A stretch of 64,000 bases of DNA from an uncultured Pelagibacteraceae bacterium (GCA_902532805.1 CACAJQ010000003.1:18007-82006), one strand, 5' to 3'; counted from the first letter of the stretch, positions 40,537 through 50,265 are shown. Made by a program: numbers and translations. The notes: generated by a model from the sequence alone, not told the origin.

Positions 40537-41856
40537 CTACGATCCAACACAAATCTTATCAATACACATATATTTTTCAAATGAATTCAATTTTTCCTTA
40601 GTAACAAAGCCTTTCCAAATAGGCCTTGAATTAATGTGATATGATAAATTTCCAGCTGCCCATTCATCACCAAGCACATATTTAATAGGTTCTTCATGTT
40701 GTTCATGCCATGCTATTTGAACTTTTATAGCTATATCTCTTCCAGGATAATCAGTCCTTTTATCAGTCTGAGATATTGAGACATAACCATACAAAATTGG
40801 AGATAATAAAAATAAAAATATAAATCCTATTAAAAAGGAATTTAGTTTCTTAATGTTTATTTGATTTTTCAAAAGGTAAATAAATAAAGTTCCAAAGAAT
40901 AGGTAAAAAGGTGTCATCCACATAGTTCTAATTTTTGACCCGGTCATTAGCGCTGTCATAAAAACCAGAACAATTGGTACTAAATTAACAAATATTAAAA
41001 ATAAAAGTTTTTCATCTTTTAAATTCAATTTTTTAGGAATTTTTTTTATTAGTAACCAGACTAAAATTAAAAATGGTATTAAAATACCAATTTGTTTTAA
41101 TGTGAATATCAGTGGATATTTAAAATGATTAATTATTTGCCCTTCATCCAAGCCTGCACGAGCAAAACCATATTTAATTGTAATAAAATCGTTATTGAAT
41201 AGCCAAATTATATGTGGGATTAAAATTACAAAAAATACTTCTAAAGAAACTAAATATTTAAAGTCAAACTTTTTTGATTTTTTAAAAAATATTAAATATG
41301 CAAACAATAAATCTATTGTGACTAATAAATATATAAAAAGATATTTAGATAAAATACCGAAGGCTGATGCGGCTCCTAATAAAATACAATCATAGAGCTC
41401 AATTTTTTTACTATTGTATATTTTCCAAGTATAATAAACCGTCAAACACCAAAAAGGTAACTGGCAAACATTTACATTAAATTCTGGAGTTGTGAAATTA
41501 TAGAAGTATATCCCTTCAATAAGAAAAACTGATAACAAACTCAAAGTGCCATCATTAAGAATTTCCTGTGAAAGCTTAAAAATAATAAAAAAAGATAGCA
41601 CTACAAAAATTTGACTTAAAAAATAATAAGCCCAATCTTGTGGTCCAAATATTTGAAAAAAAAATTCTGGAAAAAATGCACTTAGTGGTGGATGTTTATT
41701 AAATCCCCAATCTAAATTACTACCCCAAGCCAAAGCTTCAATTGTATCTAAAGGTAAATTTGAGTTTGTGATCGTAGGAACAACTGTCCATAAAATTAAG
41801 TGAGTCGTTACAAAAATATAAAAAATATTATTTATATTTCTTTTGTTTAAGGCCAT
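40537..41856 (-). CDS. ArnT/PMT-like GT-C membrane glycosyltransferase
   Basis: DTIEALAWG..LDWGFNKHPPL, ILSKY, PHIIW, many TM segments; start may be 41856 or 41862. Confidence 0.85.
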   Translation of the reverse strand: MALNKRNINNIFYIFVTTHLILWTVVPTITNSNLPLDTIEALAWGSNLDWGFNKHPPLSAFFPEFFFQIFGPQDWAYYFLSQIFVVLSFFIIFKLSQEILNDGTLSLLSVFLIEGIYFYNFTTPEFNVNVCQLPFWCLTVYYTWKIYNSKKIELYDCILLGAASAFGILSKYLFIYLLVTIDLLFAYLIFFKKSKKFDFKYLVSLEVFFVILIPHIIWLFNNDFITIKYGFARAGLDEGQIINHFKYPLIFTLKQIGILIPFLILVWLLIKKIPKKLNLKDEKLLFLIFVNLVPIVLVFMTALMTGSKIRTMWMTPFYLFFGTLFIYLLKNQINIKKLNSFLIGFIFLFLLSPILYGYVSISQTDKRTDYPGRDIAIKVQIAWHEQHEEPIKYVLGDEWAAGNLSYHINSRPIWKGFVTKEKLNSFEKYMCIDKICVGS

Positions 41857-41885
41857 TTTCATCAATCTATATGAATAAACCGTTC

Positions 41886-41913
41886 TTGACACTCATTTAT
41901 TCATGAATATATT
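41886..41913 (+). promoter_or_regulatory. Putative sigma-70 promoter of dksA
   Basis: TTGACA, 16 nt, TATATT, 22 nt before ATG 41936. Confidence 0.45.
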
Positions 41914-41935
41914 CACCAACTCAAAATAGCTAAGT

Positions 41936-42352
41936 ATGGTGAGAATTTCAAAAACTTATACTCCGAAAGAAAAAGAGAAATACATGTGTGCTAAACATTT
42001 AGCGTATTTTAAGATGAAATTAATGGAGTGGAAAAAAGATTTAAAGAGATCTAATAACGAAGCTATTTTTCAAGCATCCATGGATGATAATAATGCATCA
42101 GCTGACATAGTTGATCAAGCAAGCTCATACACTGAAAAGAATGTAGAGATGAGAGCTATTAATAGGCAAATCAAATTAATTTCTAAAATAGATGGCGCAT
42201 TAAAGAAAATTCAAGATGGAACTTATGGCTTTTGTGAAGAAACTGGTGAGCCTATTGGTTTAAAAAGATTAATGGCAAGACCAGTTGCAACTCTTTGTAT
42301 TGCAGCTCAAGAAAAACACGAAAAAGACGAAAAAGTTTACGCTGACGATTAA
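41936..42352 (+). CDS. dksA: RNA polymerase-binding factor DksA
   Basis: DIVDQA coiled-coil tip; GTYGFCEETGEPIGLKRLMARPVATLC. Confidence 0.94.
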   Translation: MVRISKTYTPKEKEKYMCAKHLAYFKMKLMEWKKDLKRSNNEAIFQASMDDNNASADIVDQASSYTEKNVEMRAINRQIKLISKIDGALKKIQDGTYGFCEETGEPIGLKRLMARPVATLCIAAQEKHEKDEKVYADD

Positions 42353-42972
42353 GGAAAATCTATTGCAGCATCTTTATTTAGTGCTTTAAACCCTTTTACT
42401 ACAGCTGGACGTTCAGCAATTTCAACAAACCACCTAGATAGATTTTTAAAATTATTTAATCCAATATCGTGTCTTTTATGTCTTGCAATCCAAGACCATG
42501 TAGCAATATCAGCTATAGAATATTTATCATTGGCTAAAAACTTACTTTGAGCCAATCTAGACTCAAGATCTTCATAAATCTTTCTGGTGATTTTAAAGTA
42601 TCTTTCTTCTCCCCACTCACTTTTTCCTTGGTGATAATAATGAAATTGGTGATGTTGGCCTATCATTGGACCAACGATAGCCATTTGAGCCATCAACCAC
42701 TGATTTATCTCTAGCCTGTCTGCTTCAGGATAAAATTTCTTACTTTTCTCTCCTAAATACATAAGGATAACTCCAGACTCAAATATGGTCTTATTATTCT
42801 CATGATCTATAATTACAGGAATTTTATTAAAGGGACTTATTTTTTTAAATTCTGGTTTAAATTGATCTCCACTTAAATTAACTTTTGTAAGTTTGTATTT
42901 AAAATCAATTTCCTCGAGCATAATGCTAATTTTCCAACCATTAGGAGTATCAGCAGTAAAGAGTTCGATCAT
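42349..42972 (-). CDS. Glutathione S-transferase (YfcG-like)
   Basis: TPNGWK, ISPFNKIP, FESGVI, YSIADIA. Confidence 0.9.
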   Translation of the reverse strand: MIELFTADTPNGWKISIMLEEIDFKYKLTKVNLSGDQFKPEFKKISPFNKIPVIIDHENNKTIFESGVILMYLGEKSKKFYPEADRLEINQWLMAQMAIVGPMIGQHHQFHYYHQGKSEWGEERYFKITRKIYEDLESRLAQSKFLANDKYSIADIATWSWIARHKRHDIGLNNFKNLSRWFVEIAERPAVVKGFKALNKDAAIDFP

Positions 42973-43985
42973 TCTTTTACACCCAATCTATCTTTGATAG
43001 TGCTGGATGCAGTTGTAAATTCAAATCTATATTTTTCATCAGGTCTTGCATATTTAAAGCAGCCTCTTGCAGCTAAAGCTCCTTCATGAAAACCTGAAAG
43101 TATTAATTTTAATTTGCCTGGATAAGTACAGATATCCCCAATAGCAAATATCCCTTTTTTATTTGTTTCGAAATTTTCCGTATTTACTGGAATTGTTTTT
43201 TTATCTAAATTTAAACCCCACTCAGCAATTGGTCCTAATTGCATTATTAAGCCAAAAAAACCTAATACATAATCAGCTTTTATAACTTTACTTTCACCTG
43301 ATTCACTTTTGATTTCTACACTTTCTAATGAGCCATTTCCTTTGACATCTTTAATTGAATAATTGGTGATTAAATCAATAGTTTTGTTATCACTTAATTC
43401 TTTTACTTTTTGAACACTTGCAGGCGCTCCTCTGAACTCATCTCTTCTATGAACAAGAGTTACTTTTGATGAGTTAGATAATTCTATAGCCCAATCAAGT
43501 GCACTATCTCCGCCTCCAAAAATAACTACTGATTTATCTTTAAAAATAGTTTTATCTTTTATTGAGTATAAAACTGATTTTCCGTCATACTTTTCAGCAC
43601 TTTTAGTTGGAAATTTTCTTGGTTCAAAAGAACCTACGCCACCTGCTATAACAATATTAGGTGTTTCAAATTCTTTACCATTTAAAGTTTTAACGAACCA
43701 TTTATTGTTTTCATTTTTTAATTCTTGAACTCTGTCACTTAAATGGAAGTTAAAATTAAAAGGTTTTATTTGTTCAATTAAATTATTTGTAAGTTCTTCT
43801 CCTGTGCATTTGGGAACTGCAGGAATATCATAAATTGGTTTATCAGGATAAAGCTCAATACATTGTCCTCCAATTTTATCTAGGTTGTCTACAATTTCAC
43901 ATTTTAATCCGATGATGCCTAATTGGTGTGCACAGAATAAACCTGTGGGTCCTGCTCCAATAATGACTACATCGGTTTTAATCAT
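42969..43985 (-). CDS. Ferredoxin--NADP reductase (thioredoxin reductase-like, no CxxC)
   Basis: GAGPTG, GGQCIELYPDKPIYD, GGGDSALDW, HRRDEFRG, YPGKLKLI. Confidence 0.88.
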   Translation of the reverse strand: MIKTDVVIIGAGPTGLFCAHQLGIIGLKCEIVDNLDKIGGQCIELYPDKPIYDIPAVPKCTGEELTNNLIEQIKPFNFNFHLSDRVQELKNENNKWFVKTLNGKEFETPNIVIAGGVGSFEPRKFPTKSAEKYDGKSVLYSIKDKTIFKDKSVVIFGGGDSALDWAIELSNSSKVTLVHRRDEFRGAPASVQKVKELSDNKTIDLITNYSIKDVKGNGSLESVEIKSESGESKVIKADYVLGFFGLIMQLGPIAEWGLNLDKKTIPVNTENFETNKKGIFAIGDICTYPGKLKLILSGFHEGALAARGCFKYARPDEKYRFEFTTASSTIKDRLGVKE

Positions 43986-44308
43986 TAAACTTGTTTCTCC
44001 GGCATATGGACTGTCAATCCATCTAAGTCATCAGAGACGATTAATTGGCAACTTAATCTGCTATTAGATTTAGGTTCAAAGGCTTGATCTAACATATCAT
44101 CTTCTCCCATTTCTTTTTCAGGCAGTTTTTTAAACCATTCATCATCATTAATATACACATGGCAGGTAGCACAAGACATGCCTCCTCCACAATCTGCATC
44201 TATGCCAGGAATATCATTTTGTATAGCGCCCTCCATTACACTAAGACCATTAGCAACATCAGCCTCATGTTCGGTGCCATTAAATTCTATATATTTGATT
44301 TTTGCCAT
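43985..44308 (-). CDS. fdx: 2Fe-2S ferredoxin
   Basis: CGGGMSCATCH and SRLSCQ. Confidence 0.93.
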   Translation of the reverse strand: MAKIKYIEFNGTEHEADVANGLSVMEGAIQNDIPGIDADCGGGMSCATCHVYINDDEWFKKLPEKEMGEDDMLDQAFEPKSNSRLSCQLIVSDDLDGLTVHMPEKQV

Positions 44309-44385
44309 ATTTAATAAATAATTCTTATAAACTAATTTGCGACTGCGGCAAATTTTTGAAATTTAGCATTTTCTATTTTTAGTCC

Positions 44386-44420
44386 AAAAAAAAAGGCAGG
44401 TATGTTTTAGCATACCCGCC
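44386..44420 (-). terminator. Intrinsic terminator after proteorhodopsin
   Basis: Minus strand GGCGGGTATG-CTAAAA-CATACCTGCC followed by a T9 tract. Confidence 0.85.
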
Positions 44421-44442
44421 TCTTTTTAATATTAAAAGCTAA

Positions 44443-45213
44443 TTATCTAGCTCGTGCTCCACCTTGTGAAACTGCTGCTGACCAGATTACTAGACCAAAA
44501 GCAATTTTGTTGATGAAGTCTGCTAAGTTGTAAATCACGTTCAATGAGTTAGCGTCTACTCCACCTACTAGGTAACCAAAAATGTAACCTAATGGGTAAA
44601 TAGCCCAACCGATTGTTACGATCATTCTCATAGCACCCCATGCAGTTGCTAATGGCTTGTTTCCAGTTTTAGCTGCAATTTTTCCAGCTTCACCAGAGAA
44701 TACTTCATATAAGATGTAGATCCATCCAGCCATACCGACTATGAAACCAAGCATAGCATTGATGTAACCTGCTTCTCCTAAGTATCCACCAATTAACATC
44801 ACAAGCGAACCAATTAATAATCTCCAGAAGATTGCTCCTGGGATTTTCTTAACTGCTGCTAGAATTAAGTAAAACTCGATCATCTGTAATGGTACAGTGA
44901 TTAACCAATCAATATATCTATATACTGTTGGAGAATCTCCAGTCATTACCCATACATCTCTCATGTACATGTAGTGAATGAATGCAACACCAGTTACAAG
45001 ACCAGCTACTGTTACTGAAGTTTTCCAGCCTGCTGCAACAGTATTTCTTTCCATGAAGAAGAATACTGTAGCTGCTGCCATACCCATTGCGATTACCCAA
45101 AAGGAAATCCCAACGAAGTCGTCAGAAGCTAACATAGCAGTTGCTGCGTTTGCTGCACCAGTAAGACCAAATAGAGCCACTGCTGCTAAAGCAAACATTT
45201 TAAGTTTTTTCAT
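44443..45213 (-). CDS. Proteorhodopsin, blue-absorbing type (Q105)
   Basis: RYIDWLITVPLQMIEF (D97/T101/Q105/E108), H75 in FIHYMYMR, retinal-binding Lys in DFINK; signal peptide. Confidence 0.97.
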   Translation of the reverse strand: MKKLKMFALAAVALFGLTGAANAATAMLASDDFVGISFWVIAMGMAAATVFFFMERNTVAAGWKTSVTVAGLVTGVAFIHYMYMRDVWVMTGDSPTVYRYIDWLITVPLQMIEFYLILAAVKKIPGAIFWRLLIGSLVMLIGGYLGEAGYINAMLGFIVGMAGWIYILYEVFSGEAGKIAAKTGNKPLATAWGAMRMIVTIGWAIYPLGYIFGYLVGGVDANSLNVIYNLADFINKIAFGLVIWSAAVSQGGARAR

Positions 45214-45427
45214 AAAAAACTCCCTCTCGTTAGTTTTTTTTAGTTTAAATTTAAACTACGGACAAACCACAAAGGTTTCTCCAAAGTTAGGGGCTTAATA
45301 TCAAATTAAATTAGTTTGTTGAAGACTTTTTGCCGCGTTATAAGTGTTGATTTTACTGACTTTTTAAAATTAAATACAACCTGTTGCATAAATTCAATAG
45401 AAAAATGACACCAAATAGCAAATCAAA

Positions 45428-47323
45428 ATGAATAGAAATTACAAAGAAATTTACAACGAATCTCTAAAAAATCCTGAGGAATTTTGGCAGAAAGTCTCTG
45501 AAGATGTATTTTGGTTCAAAAAACCAACTAAGATTTTAAAAAAAGACAATCCTCCTTTCTATAAATGGTTTGAAGATGGTGTAACAAATACATGCTACAA
45601 CGCTTTAGATATTCATATTGATCAAGGGAGAGGTGATAAGACTGCTTTAATCTATGACAGCCCAATTACAGGTAATAAATCAAACTTTACTTTCATAGAA
45701 TTAAAAGAAAAAGTTTCAAAATTTGCAGGAGCTCTCGATAAACAAGGAGTTAAAAAAGGAGATCGAGTAATAATTTATATGCCAATGATACCAGAGGCGG
45801 TAGTTGCAATGCTAGCATGTGGAAGAATTGGAGCAATTCACTCTGTTGTATTTGGTGGTTTTGCTTCAAATGAATTAGCAAGCAGAATTGATGATAGTAA
45901 AGCTAAAATTTTAATCACAGCATCATGTGGTTTTGAACCTGGAAGAACAGTCGAGTATAGACCTCTTGTAGATGGAGCTTTAAAATTAGCAAAACACAAA
46001 GTTGAAAAAGTAATATTATTTCAAAGAAAAGATCACGAGGTAAAATTAAATAAACCATTAGAAATAAGTTGGGATGAAGCGCTATCTGGAGCAAATGATA
46101 AAGATTGTGTTGAGATGGGTGCTAATGATTATGCTTACATCCTTTATACTTCAGGGACCACAGGTATACCGAAAGGAATAGTTAGAGATATTGGTGGTCA
46201 CATAGTTGCTCTTAAATGGACAATGAAAAATATTTATAACATTGATCAAGACGATGTATGGTGGTCAGCAAGTGATATTGGTTGGATAGTTGGACATTCC
46301 TATATTGTTTATGCTCCATTATTCAAAGGTTGTGCAACTCTTTTATTTGAGGGTAAACCTGTTGGTACACCTGATGCTGGAGTATTTTGGAGGATAATAT
46401 CAGAATATAAAATCAAATCTTTGTTTACAGCTCCAACGGCATTCAGGGCAATAAAAAAAGAAGATCCAGAGGGCAAGTTTTTTTCTAAATATGATTTAAG
46501 TTCATTTGAGTCGTTATTTTTAGCAGGTGAAAGAGCAGATCCAGATACAATTAAATGGGCTGAAAATTTACTTAAGGTTCCTGTAATTGATCATTGGTGG
46601 CAGACTGAAACGAGTTGGGCAATAAGTTCAAATTGTACTGGAATTGAAATGCAAGAAACAAAATATGGATCTGCTTGCAAAGCAGTCCCGGGTTATGATG
46701 TAAAAATAATTAAACCTGATCAAACAATAGCAAAACCAAATGAGATGGGAGATATTGTGGTTAAACTTCCACTTCCTCCAGGTACTTTCCCAACTTTATG
46801 GAATGCAGATGAAAGATATAAAGAAAACTATATGTCAAATTATACTGGTTACTATCAAACTTATGATGCAGGTCATATTGATGATGATGGATATATTTGG
46901 ATTATGTCTAGAACAGATGATATAATAAATGTTGCAGGTCACAGACTTTCAACAGGTGCCATTGAAGAAGTTTTGTCTGAACATCAGTCTGTTGCCGAAT
47001 GTGCAGTGATAGGAATAAAAGATCAACTAAAGGGGCAATTGCCAATTGGTTTAATTGCTCTAAAAGCTGGAGTTTCGAAGGATAATGAGACTATTACAAA
47101 GGAATGTGTTCAAATGGTTAGAGATAAAGTCGGACCTGTTGCAGCTTTTAAAATAGCAATTGTTGTTAAAAGATTACCAAAAACTAGATCTGGAAAAATT
47201 TTAAGAGGAACAATTAGAAAAATTGCAGACAAAGAAGAATATAAAATGCCAGCAACAATCGATGATCCTGCTATACTTGATGAAATAAAAGAAGACTTAA
47301 TAAATAGCAATATTTTAAAATAA
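45428..47323 (+). CDS. prpE: Propionyl-CoA synthetase
   Basis: HSVVFGGFA, YTSGTTGIPKG, EGKPVGTPDAG, DHWWQTE, PKTRSGKILR. Confidence 0.88.
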   Translation: MNRNYKEIYNESLKNPEEFWQKVSEDVFWFKKPTKILKKDNPPFYKWFEDGVTNTCYNALDIHIDQGRGDKTALIYDSPITGNKSNFTFIELKEKVSKFAGALDKQGVKKGDRVIIYMPMIPEAVVAMLACGRIGAIHSVVFGGFASNELASRIDDSKAKILITASCGFEPGRTVEYRPLVDGALKLAKHKVEKVILFQRKDHEVKLNKPLEISWDEALSGANDKDCVEMGANDYAYILYTSGTTGIPKGIVRDIGGHIVALKWTMKNIYNIDQDDVWWSASDIGWIVGHSYIVYAPLFKGCATLLFEGKPVGTPDAGVFWRIISEYKIKSLFTAPTAFRAIKKEDPEGKFFSKYDLSSFESLFLAGERADPDTIKWAENLLKVPVIDHWWQTETSWAISSNCTGIEMQETKYGSACKAVPGYDVKIIKPDQTIAKPNEMGDIVVKLPLPPGTFPTLWNADERYKENYMSNYTGYYQTYDAGHIDDDGYIWIMSRTDDIINVAGHRLSTGAIEEVLSEHQSVAECAVIGIKDQLKGQLPIGLIALKAGVSKDNETITKECVQMVRDKVGPVAAFKIAIVVKRLPKTRSGKILRGTIRKIADKEEYKMPATIDDPAILDEIKEDLINSNILK

Positions 47324-47655
47324 TGCTCAAAACATATCTATTTTTGGTAGGAGCAATTATTTGCGAAGTTTGTGGGACAATGCTTCTTCCTGTTACTCAA
47401 AACTTTACAAAAGTAACACCAACAGTATTTTTGGCTGGATTTTATTTATCAGCTTTTTATTTACTTACGTTTGTTGTTGACAAACTGCCTATAGCTATTG
47501 TTTACGGAACATGGAGTGGTCTTGGGATATTCACTATTGCAATATTGGGCTATATATTTTTTAAACAATCCTTAAGCTGGCAAACTATATTAGGTATGTT
47601 TCTTATTGTAGTTGGAGTAACACTTGTAAATATATATTCAAGTAAAACTATATAA
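47323..47655 (+). CDS. SMR family small multidrug transporter
   Basis: 110 aa, 4 TM segments, AIICEV with the conserved Glu, YGTWSGLG. Confidence 0.88.
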   Translation: MLKTYLFLVGAIICEVCGTMLLPVTQNFTKVTPTVFLAGFYLSAFYLLTFVVDKLPIAIVYGTWSGLGIFTIAILGYIFFKQSLSWQTILGMFLIVVGVTLVNIYSSKTI

Positions 47656-47656
47656 C

Positions 47657-48967
47657 TCAGTCAAACAGAATTGGTTTTCCAGATGGATCTCCTAAAATTT
47701 CATCTTCTTTCATTTTAATATCTCCATTAATAATTGTGTAAACTGGTGAGCCTTTAAATTTATAGCCATTAAATGGACTCCATCCACACTTACTGTGAAT
47801 ATTTTGATTTTTAATTTCAATCGTTCTATTCATATCTATTATTGTAAAATCAGCATCATAATCTTTTTTGATAAAACCTTTATTTTTAATACCAAATACA
47901 GAAACTGGGTTTTCACAAAGAAGTTTAATTAGCTGATCTAACGTAAGTTTTTTGTCATTCACATGATTTAGCATAACAGGTAATAATGTTTGTACGCCCG
48001 GCATACCAGATGGCGACTGGGGATATTCTTTTAATTTATTTTCTTTTAAATGTGGTGCATGGTCTGAACCAATAGTATCGTTATAATTATTTCGAATAGC
48101 GTACCACAATCTATCATAATGAGATTTGTCTCTCAAAGGAGGGTTCATCTGTGCAAATGTTCCAAGTTTGTCATAACAATCTGGTGCATATATTGTTAGA
48201 TGTTGTGGAGTAATTTCAAAAGTTATGTTTCCTTTATTTTGAGAAAGGAAATCTACCTCTTCTTTTGTTGTAACATGCAATATATGTGCTTTTTTATTAA
48301 GTCTTTTTGCAATCCTAACAATCCTTCTTGTAGATGACATTGCACATTCTTCGTTCCTCCATACGGGATGAGTATGAACATTGCCTTTTTCAATTAATTT
48401 TTTTCTTAAATTAATTATTTCTTCATCTTCAGAATGTACCGCAACTATTTTTGAAGTATTTTGAAAGACTTTTTCGATATCTTCTTCTTTATCAACTAAA
48501 AGATTTCCAGTTGAGGAACCTGCAAAAAGCTTTACTCCACAACATCCATCTAAACCTTTAAGTTTTGCCAAATCGGGCGAATTATCTGGAGTTGCTCCAA
48601 AGTAAAAAGCATAATTTGAGTACATCCTATTTTTTGCGAGGTTTAACTTATTATTAAATTCTTTCATATTTGCTGTTGGGGGATTTGTATTTGGCATTTC
48701 AAAAACACTCGTAATACCACCAGCAATAGCAGCTTTACTTCCAGTATGTAAGTCCTCTGCATTAGTTGATCCGGGCTCACGGAAATGAACTTGAGTATCC
48801 ATGCAACCAGGTAAAACTAGTAAATTGCTTGCATTGATAGTTTCTTTGCTTTGTTCATTATTCAAATCACCAATTATTGAGATTTTTCCATTCTGAATTC
48901 CAATGTTAGTCTTGATAATTTTTCCGTCGATATAGCACTCTCCATTTTTTATAATAAGATCTAACAT
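47657..48967 (-). CDS. pyrC: Dihydroorotase
   Basis: DTQVHFREPG, EMPNTNP, QMNPPLR, GSDHAPH, SKCGWSPF. Confidence 0.9.
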   Translation of the reverse strand: MLDLIIKNGECYIDGKIIKTNIGIQNGKISIIGDLNNEQSKETINASNLLVLPGCMDTQVHFREPGSTNAEDLHTGSKAAIAGGITSVFEMPNTNPPTANMKEFNNKLNLAKNRMYSNYAFYFGATPDNSPDLAKLKGLDGCCGVKLFAGSSTGNLLVDKEEDIEKVFQNTSKIVAVHSEDEEIINLRKKLIEKGNVHTHPVWRNEECAMSSTRRIVRIAKRLNKKAHILHVTTKEEVDFLSQNKGNITFEITPQHLTIYAPDCYDKLGTFAQMNPPLRDKSHYDRLWYAIRNNYNDTIGSDHAPHLKENKLKEYPQSPSGMPGVQTLLPVMLNHVNDKKLTLDQLIKLLCENPVSVFGIKNKGFIKKDYDADFTIIDMNRTIEIKNQNIHSKCGWSPFNGYKFKGSPVYTIINGDIKMKEDEILGDPSGKPILFD

Positions 48968-48995
48968 TTTATGAAATCGTTACTATATTATTATT

Positions 48996-49901
48996 ATGAG
49001 TCAATCAATCATGAAAAAAAATAAAGTTTATATCTTAGAGGACAGAGGACTTTTGTATGTCTCGGGTGAAGGCAGTAAAGAATTTCTACAAAATATAGTT
49101 ACAAATAATATTAACAAAGTAGATGAAAAAAATTCGTGCTATTCTGCTTTACTTTCTCCACAGGGAAAATATTTGTATGACTTCAATATATTAAAACACA
49201 AATCTGGATATTTTTTAGATTGTGAGAAAAAAAATATTGATAATTTATTTAATCAATTAAATTTATACAAACTTAGATCAAAAGTAGAAATTTTGAATTT
49301 AAGCAATGAATTTGTAATTGCAGTTATTAGTAAAGAGAGATTTTTGGATATGGAAAATTCAAGTTCTAATGCTGGTTGCACAATTAAATTCAGACAGGAT
49401 AGTATTTTTTTAGATCCTAGAAATATAGAACTTGGAGCAAGAATAGTAACTAATTTAGAAAAATTATATTTATCATTGAAAAAACTTGGGCTTCAAAGTG
49501 CAAATAAAAATGAATATTACAAATTGAGTCATGAAATTGGTATTCCACAAAATAATACTGAAAAACTTCAAAATAAACTTTTTGGCATTGAATGTAACTT
49601 TGATGAATTAAATGCAATAGATTTTAAAAAAGGTTGTTACGTTGGCCAAGAAAATACTGCAAGAATTAAATTAAAAGATAAATTAAACAAACGCCTTCTG
49701 CCAATTGAAGTAATAGAAGGTAATTTAGAAAATGAAATTATATCAATTGAAAATGATGAAATAGGAAAAGTATTAATAAATGATAATCATCCTTATGCTC
49801 TTATCAAAGTTAAAAATGAAAAATTTGATTTTGGCAAAACTTTTAATTGTGGATCTGCTAAAGTTAAAATCAAGAAACCTGATTGGCTGCAAATTACTTA
49901 A
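48996..49901 (+). CDS. ygfZ: Folate-binding Fe-S cluster repair protein
   Basis: FLQNIVTN, LSPQGK, KGCYVGQE signature. Confidence 0.9.
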   Translation: MSQSIMKKNKVYILEDRGLLYVSGEGSKEFLQNIVTNNINKVDEKNSCYSALLSPQGKYLYDFNILKHKSGYFLDCEKKNIDNLFNQLNLYKLRSKVEILNLSNEFVIAVISKERFLDMENSSSNAGCTIKFRQDSIFLDPRNIELGARIVTNLEKLYLSLKKLGLQSANKNEYYKLSHEIGIPQNNTEKLQNKLFGIECNFDELNAIDFKKGCYVGQENTARIKLKDKLNKRLLPIEVIEGNLENEIISIENDEIGKVLINDNHPYALIKVKNEKFDFGKTFNCGSAKVKIKKPDWLQIT

Positions 49902-50265
49902 TAAATTTAGATAAATCTGGTTTAAAATATTTTGGCCCTTTCATAACTTTACCCTGGTTATTATAAATAGGTTTACCATCATTTCCCAACTTACTCATGT
50001 TAGAATTTTGAACCTCTTCAAAACATGCATCTAAGTTAATACCAAATGCATGCCCAGCACCATAAGTAACGTATAATATATCAGTTAAAGCATCTGCAAC
50101 CTCTAAAAGATCATTATTGTCTAATGCCTCCTTAAACTCATCCAATTCCTCTTTAATCAAATTGTACCTAAGCATGTTAATTTTATCAGAACTGAAAGAT
50201 GGTCTTGATTTAACTTCTTGCCCAAAAGTCTCCATAAAATTTTTTACTTTTTGAAAATTTGTCAT
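49894..50265 (-). CDS. MazG-like nucleoside triphosphate pyrophosphohydrolase
   Basis: EELDE..EVADALTDILYV, SNMSK, GKVMKG. Confidence 0.85.
   Translation of the reverse strand: MTNFQKVKNFMETFGQEVKSRPSFSSDKINMLRYNLIKEELDEFKEALDNNDLLEVADALTDILYVTYGAGHAFGINLDACFEEVQNSNMSKLGNDGKPIYNNQGKVMKGPKYFKPDLSKFIK

Noticed and set aside
47323-47655. SMR protein as the guanidinium exporter Gdx linked to the amidinotransferase
   Set aside because: Helix 1 lacks the Gdx-type Trp after the Glu, there is no room for a guanidine riboswitch, and it is coupled to prpE
47657-48967. QVH instead of HxH in dihydroorotase as evidence of an inactive enzyme
   Set aside because: DxQVHFREPG is a recognised variant in this dihydroorotase group and the other motifs are intact
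49894-50265. MazG-like gene as an anti-phage or phage-derived gene
   Set aside because: It is a single small house-cleaning pyrophosphatase among core genes with no defence partners
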